Positions 61,471 to 64,000 of a stretch of DNA of 64,000 nt are shown here, one piece after another (the first letter of the stretch is position 1; each line of letters starts with the position of its first letter). The stretch is from contig OZ024742.1 in assembly GCA_964016885.1 (NCBI GenBank), forward strand, positions 233,430,001-233,494,000. The letters are read 5' to 3'. The position numbers and the translations under genes are program-made. The notes beneath the pieces are model-generated. The model did not search any database. It was not told where the DNA came from and worked only from the letters and a program-made list of their open reading frames with translations. This stretch comes from Eledone cirrhosa. Taxonomy: Eukaryota.

Positions 61471-63179
61471 TTCATCTTCTCACACACACATACATCTACT
61501 AGGGATATCAAGTGCTAACTCTTGAAGGACTTTGAACTCTATCCCTACCACCTGGGAAGTAAGAATGTTAAATTCATATAAATAGAAAAACTAAGAAACT
61601 GAATGCAAACATAAAATGCCGTGTCATTCGTATCTCATATAAGAAACTTAAAAAGGTATCTAGCTGGGATTTACACAATTGATATTTGTATATACCATTA
61701 GAATCTATTTGAATGTCGCCTATCTGATAAATTATTAGAAGCATGCCCGGCGTTACACGGAAAATAAACAGCCCAATGTGTGCATAAGTGTTTGTGTATG
61801 AGTAGATGTATGTGTGTGAGTAGGTGTATGTGTGTGTGAGTAGCTGTATGTGTGTGTACGTGTGCGTGTACCATGTCTCTAGGACTATTTTTGCTTTTGT
61901 CCCATAACGTAGCGATTCAGCAAATAAAGATTGATAAATTAAGGACCTCTATTGAAATAATACTGAGATTGAATATGATCAACGAAACTCATACAGACGT
62001 TGCGCCAGTATAACAAGTCAAATTACTTTAGCCGGTAAAATATCTGATTATTTTTATTGTTGTGTGTGTGATAAACCAAAAAGCACAGATAGAAGGACGA
62101 AAGGAAACAAAGAAAAGAAAAACAGCTGTTCTAGAGATAGATGAGTTTTATGATTTTATATGTATTCTGATACATCCTCGCTTCAACTCGGCCAGGGATA
62201 ACATTGTTTTTTCAATTAACTTTATCGTAGCTATGATTAGCTTTCTATTTAGGACAGACACCACAGCTACCCACTATCCCATGGTTTTATTTTATTTGTT
62301 TTCTTTCGTCCATCTATCTGTGATTTTTAGTTTATCACTCACACATCATACCAGCAGAAAGATTTAATTTTCTGTTGTACGATCCAGCATTTGAAAATGG
62401 CACTCTCAATTAAATCATGCGAAACCGTTTTGAGAGCTGATGAGGGTGATGATGTGTGTGATGATGTCTTGTACTTCGCCTTTCTTTATTTCCTTCTTCC
62501 AGTCATTTCTATGAGACAACACGCTTCTTCTTATCCTCCTCCTCTTTCAGTCATTTCTATATTTTATTTACCTGTCACCCTCCTTGTGGATTGTCTCGCT
62601 GTTCACCACTGGCCGCTAGTCTCTGTCCTCTGAGACATTTTTGCTCATCGCAGTCTTTGACGGCGATGAGTGTTCTCATTTTTATATGTATTCAAATACA
62701 CTCGCACTTCGTCTCCATCAGAGACGACATTGTTTTTTCATATATATACATATACATTTTTCTCTTTCTATCACTGCATTTAGCAGCAACATTTAGCCTA
62801 TCACCCCAGTTCTAGGTAGAACGAAAAGCCTGTTGAAAAACTGAATCCTCCGTTCGATCATGAATACCACGAGCTTGCCAGTCACGTAAGTCTGATATTT
62901 GATTTCGGATTCAAAGAAACACTTTAAACGTATAATCGTTTGATTTGTCCAGGTGTATTTTTCTCAACCTGTTAGTTCTATCGTTACTTTGGTATATTAT
63001 TGTGTGTTAGATTTTGCCTACCACAATGTTCGATTTGTCAAGCTATTTAAACGTATGTTATTACTCTAAGGACCTAACTTATCGAGTGCTTTGCTAACTC
63101 ATCATTTCATATAAGTAGGCCGAATTTGCTTGCAAACCGCCAGAGATTCGATTTTACTAAATTTCCAATTATATATATA

Positions 63180-64000
63180 CAGTGCCCCGCAAAAGTTTAC
63201 AACACTTTAGGAAAAATGCGGTTTTAGGTATTTTTAATAAAGTTAGGGTAATGAAAATTTAACTACCAATAGAATATATAATGAGGCATTTAATGATACA
63301 ATCATAGTTTTAAAAAAATAACAAGGAAATCACTCATGAAGAAAAATCAATATTTTTATAACGCAAAAGTTTACAACACATTTATTAAATCATCTCTTAA
63401 TATTTCGTAGCGTAACCTTTGTTGCTAATTACAGCCTGTAGGGCGTTTGGAGTAGCCTCCTACAAACTTCTTGCATGTTTCTTGGTTAATATTTATCCAT
63501 TCTTCACAACAGATTTTCTTTAGTTCAGGGATATTTTGGGGTTTCCTTTTTTGAATTCTCTCCACAAATTTTTGATCGGGTTAAGATCTGGAGACTGACT
63601 TGGTCATTTTAGAACATTTATTCCATTCGTACTTAACCAAGATTGTGTTAGCTTTGCAGTATGCTTTGGATTGTTATCTTGTTGAAAAAACCAACCTGGC
63701 TTTAAGCTGAGAGAATGTGCACTTTGATGTAAATTCCTTTGGAAAATACCTCTATAATAAGTGCCACCCATTCTTCCTTCTATTATTTCAATATTTCCTA
63801 CTCCTGTGGCACTAAAGCAACCCCAGACCATGATTGATCCACCTCCAAATTTTACAGTTGGAATAGTATTCTTCAGCGAATATTCAGTACCTTTCTTTCT
63901 CCAGACTTTTGCCACAGCATTTCGACCAAAAAGTTCATTTTTTGTTTCATCCGACTAAAGTACACCTTCCCAAAATGACGCAGGTTTGATGAGATGCTCA
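63180..64000 (-). mobile_element. Tc1-family DNA transposon, one end plus transposase 3' half (runs off the window)
   Basis: TA-CAGTG terminus; PTVKFGGGSIMVWGCFS, FQQDNNPKH, *PSQSPDLNP, ends NKGYATKY* at 63397. Confidence 0.92.
63397..64000 (-). pseudogene. Tc1 DDE transposase, with stops and frameshifts
   Basis: ORF 63604-63915 and flanking frames. Confidence 0.88.

Overview
AT-rich, microsatellite-dense animal DNA made almost entirely of transposable elements. The SINE family and overall repeat landscape suggest a cephalopod (Octopus-like), which is an inference. I recognise no intact host gene; there is one candidate exon. The main structure is a 17-kb head-to-tail array (33525-50735, minus strand) of three full-length, mutually diverged L1/Tx1-clade LINEs. 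Each has ORF1 (Gag-type zinc knuckle, degenerate in two copies) and an APE-RT ORF2. Each is flanked by (GATA)n and has no poly(A) tail, which points to (GATA)n-targeted insertion. All three carry a 5' splice-donor consensus overlapping the ORF1 stop codon, an acceptor-like CCTGTAG|G at the ORF2 stop, and conserved UTR hairpins. This suggests splicing-controlled ORF1/ORF2 expression, which I do not know to be described for this clade. Also present: two R4/Dong-clade RT-REL elements in (CATA)n tracts; RTE LINEs with C-terminal C2H2 fingers and (TATG)n tails; Penelope-like remnants with minimal hammerhead-ribozyme motifs; two CRE-like REL fragments; many tRNA-derived SINEs, including a fold-back cluster; and one end of an IR/DR Tc1 transposon. 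Boundaries were read by eye and are approximate. Many frameshifts fall in homopolymers and could be assembly errors.
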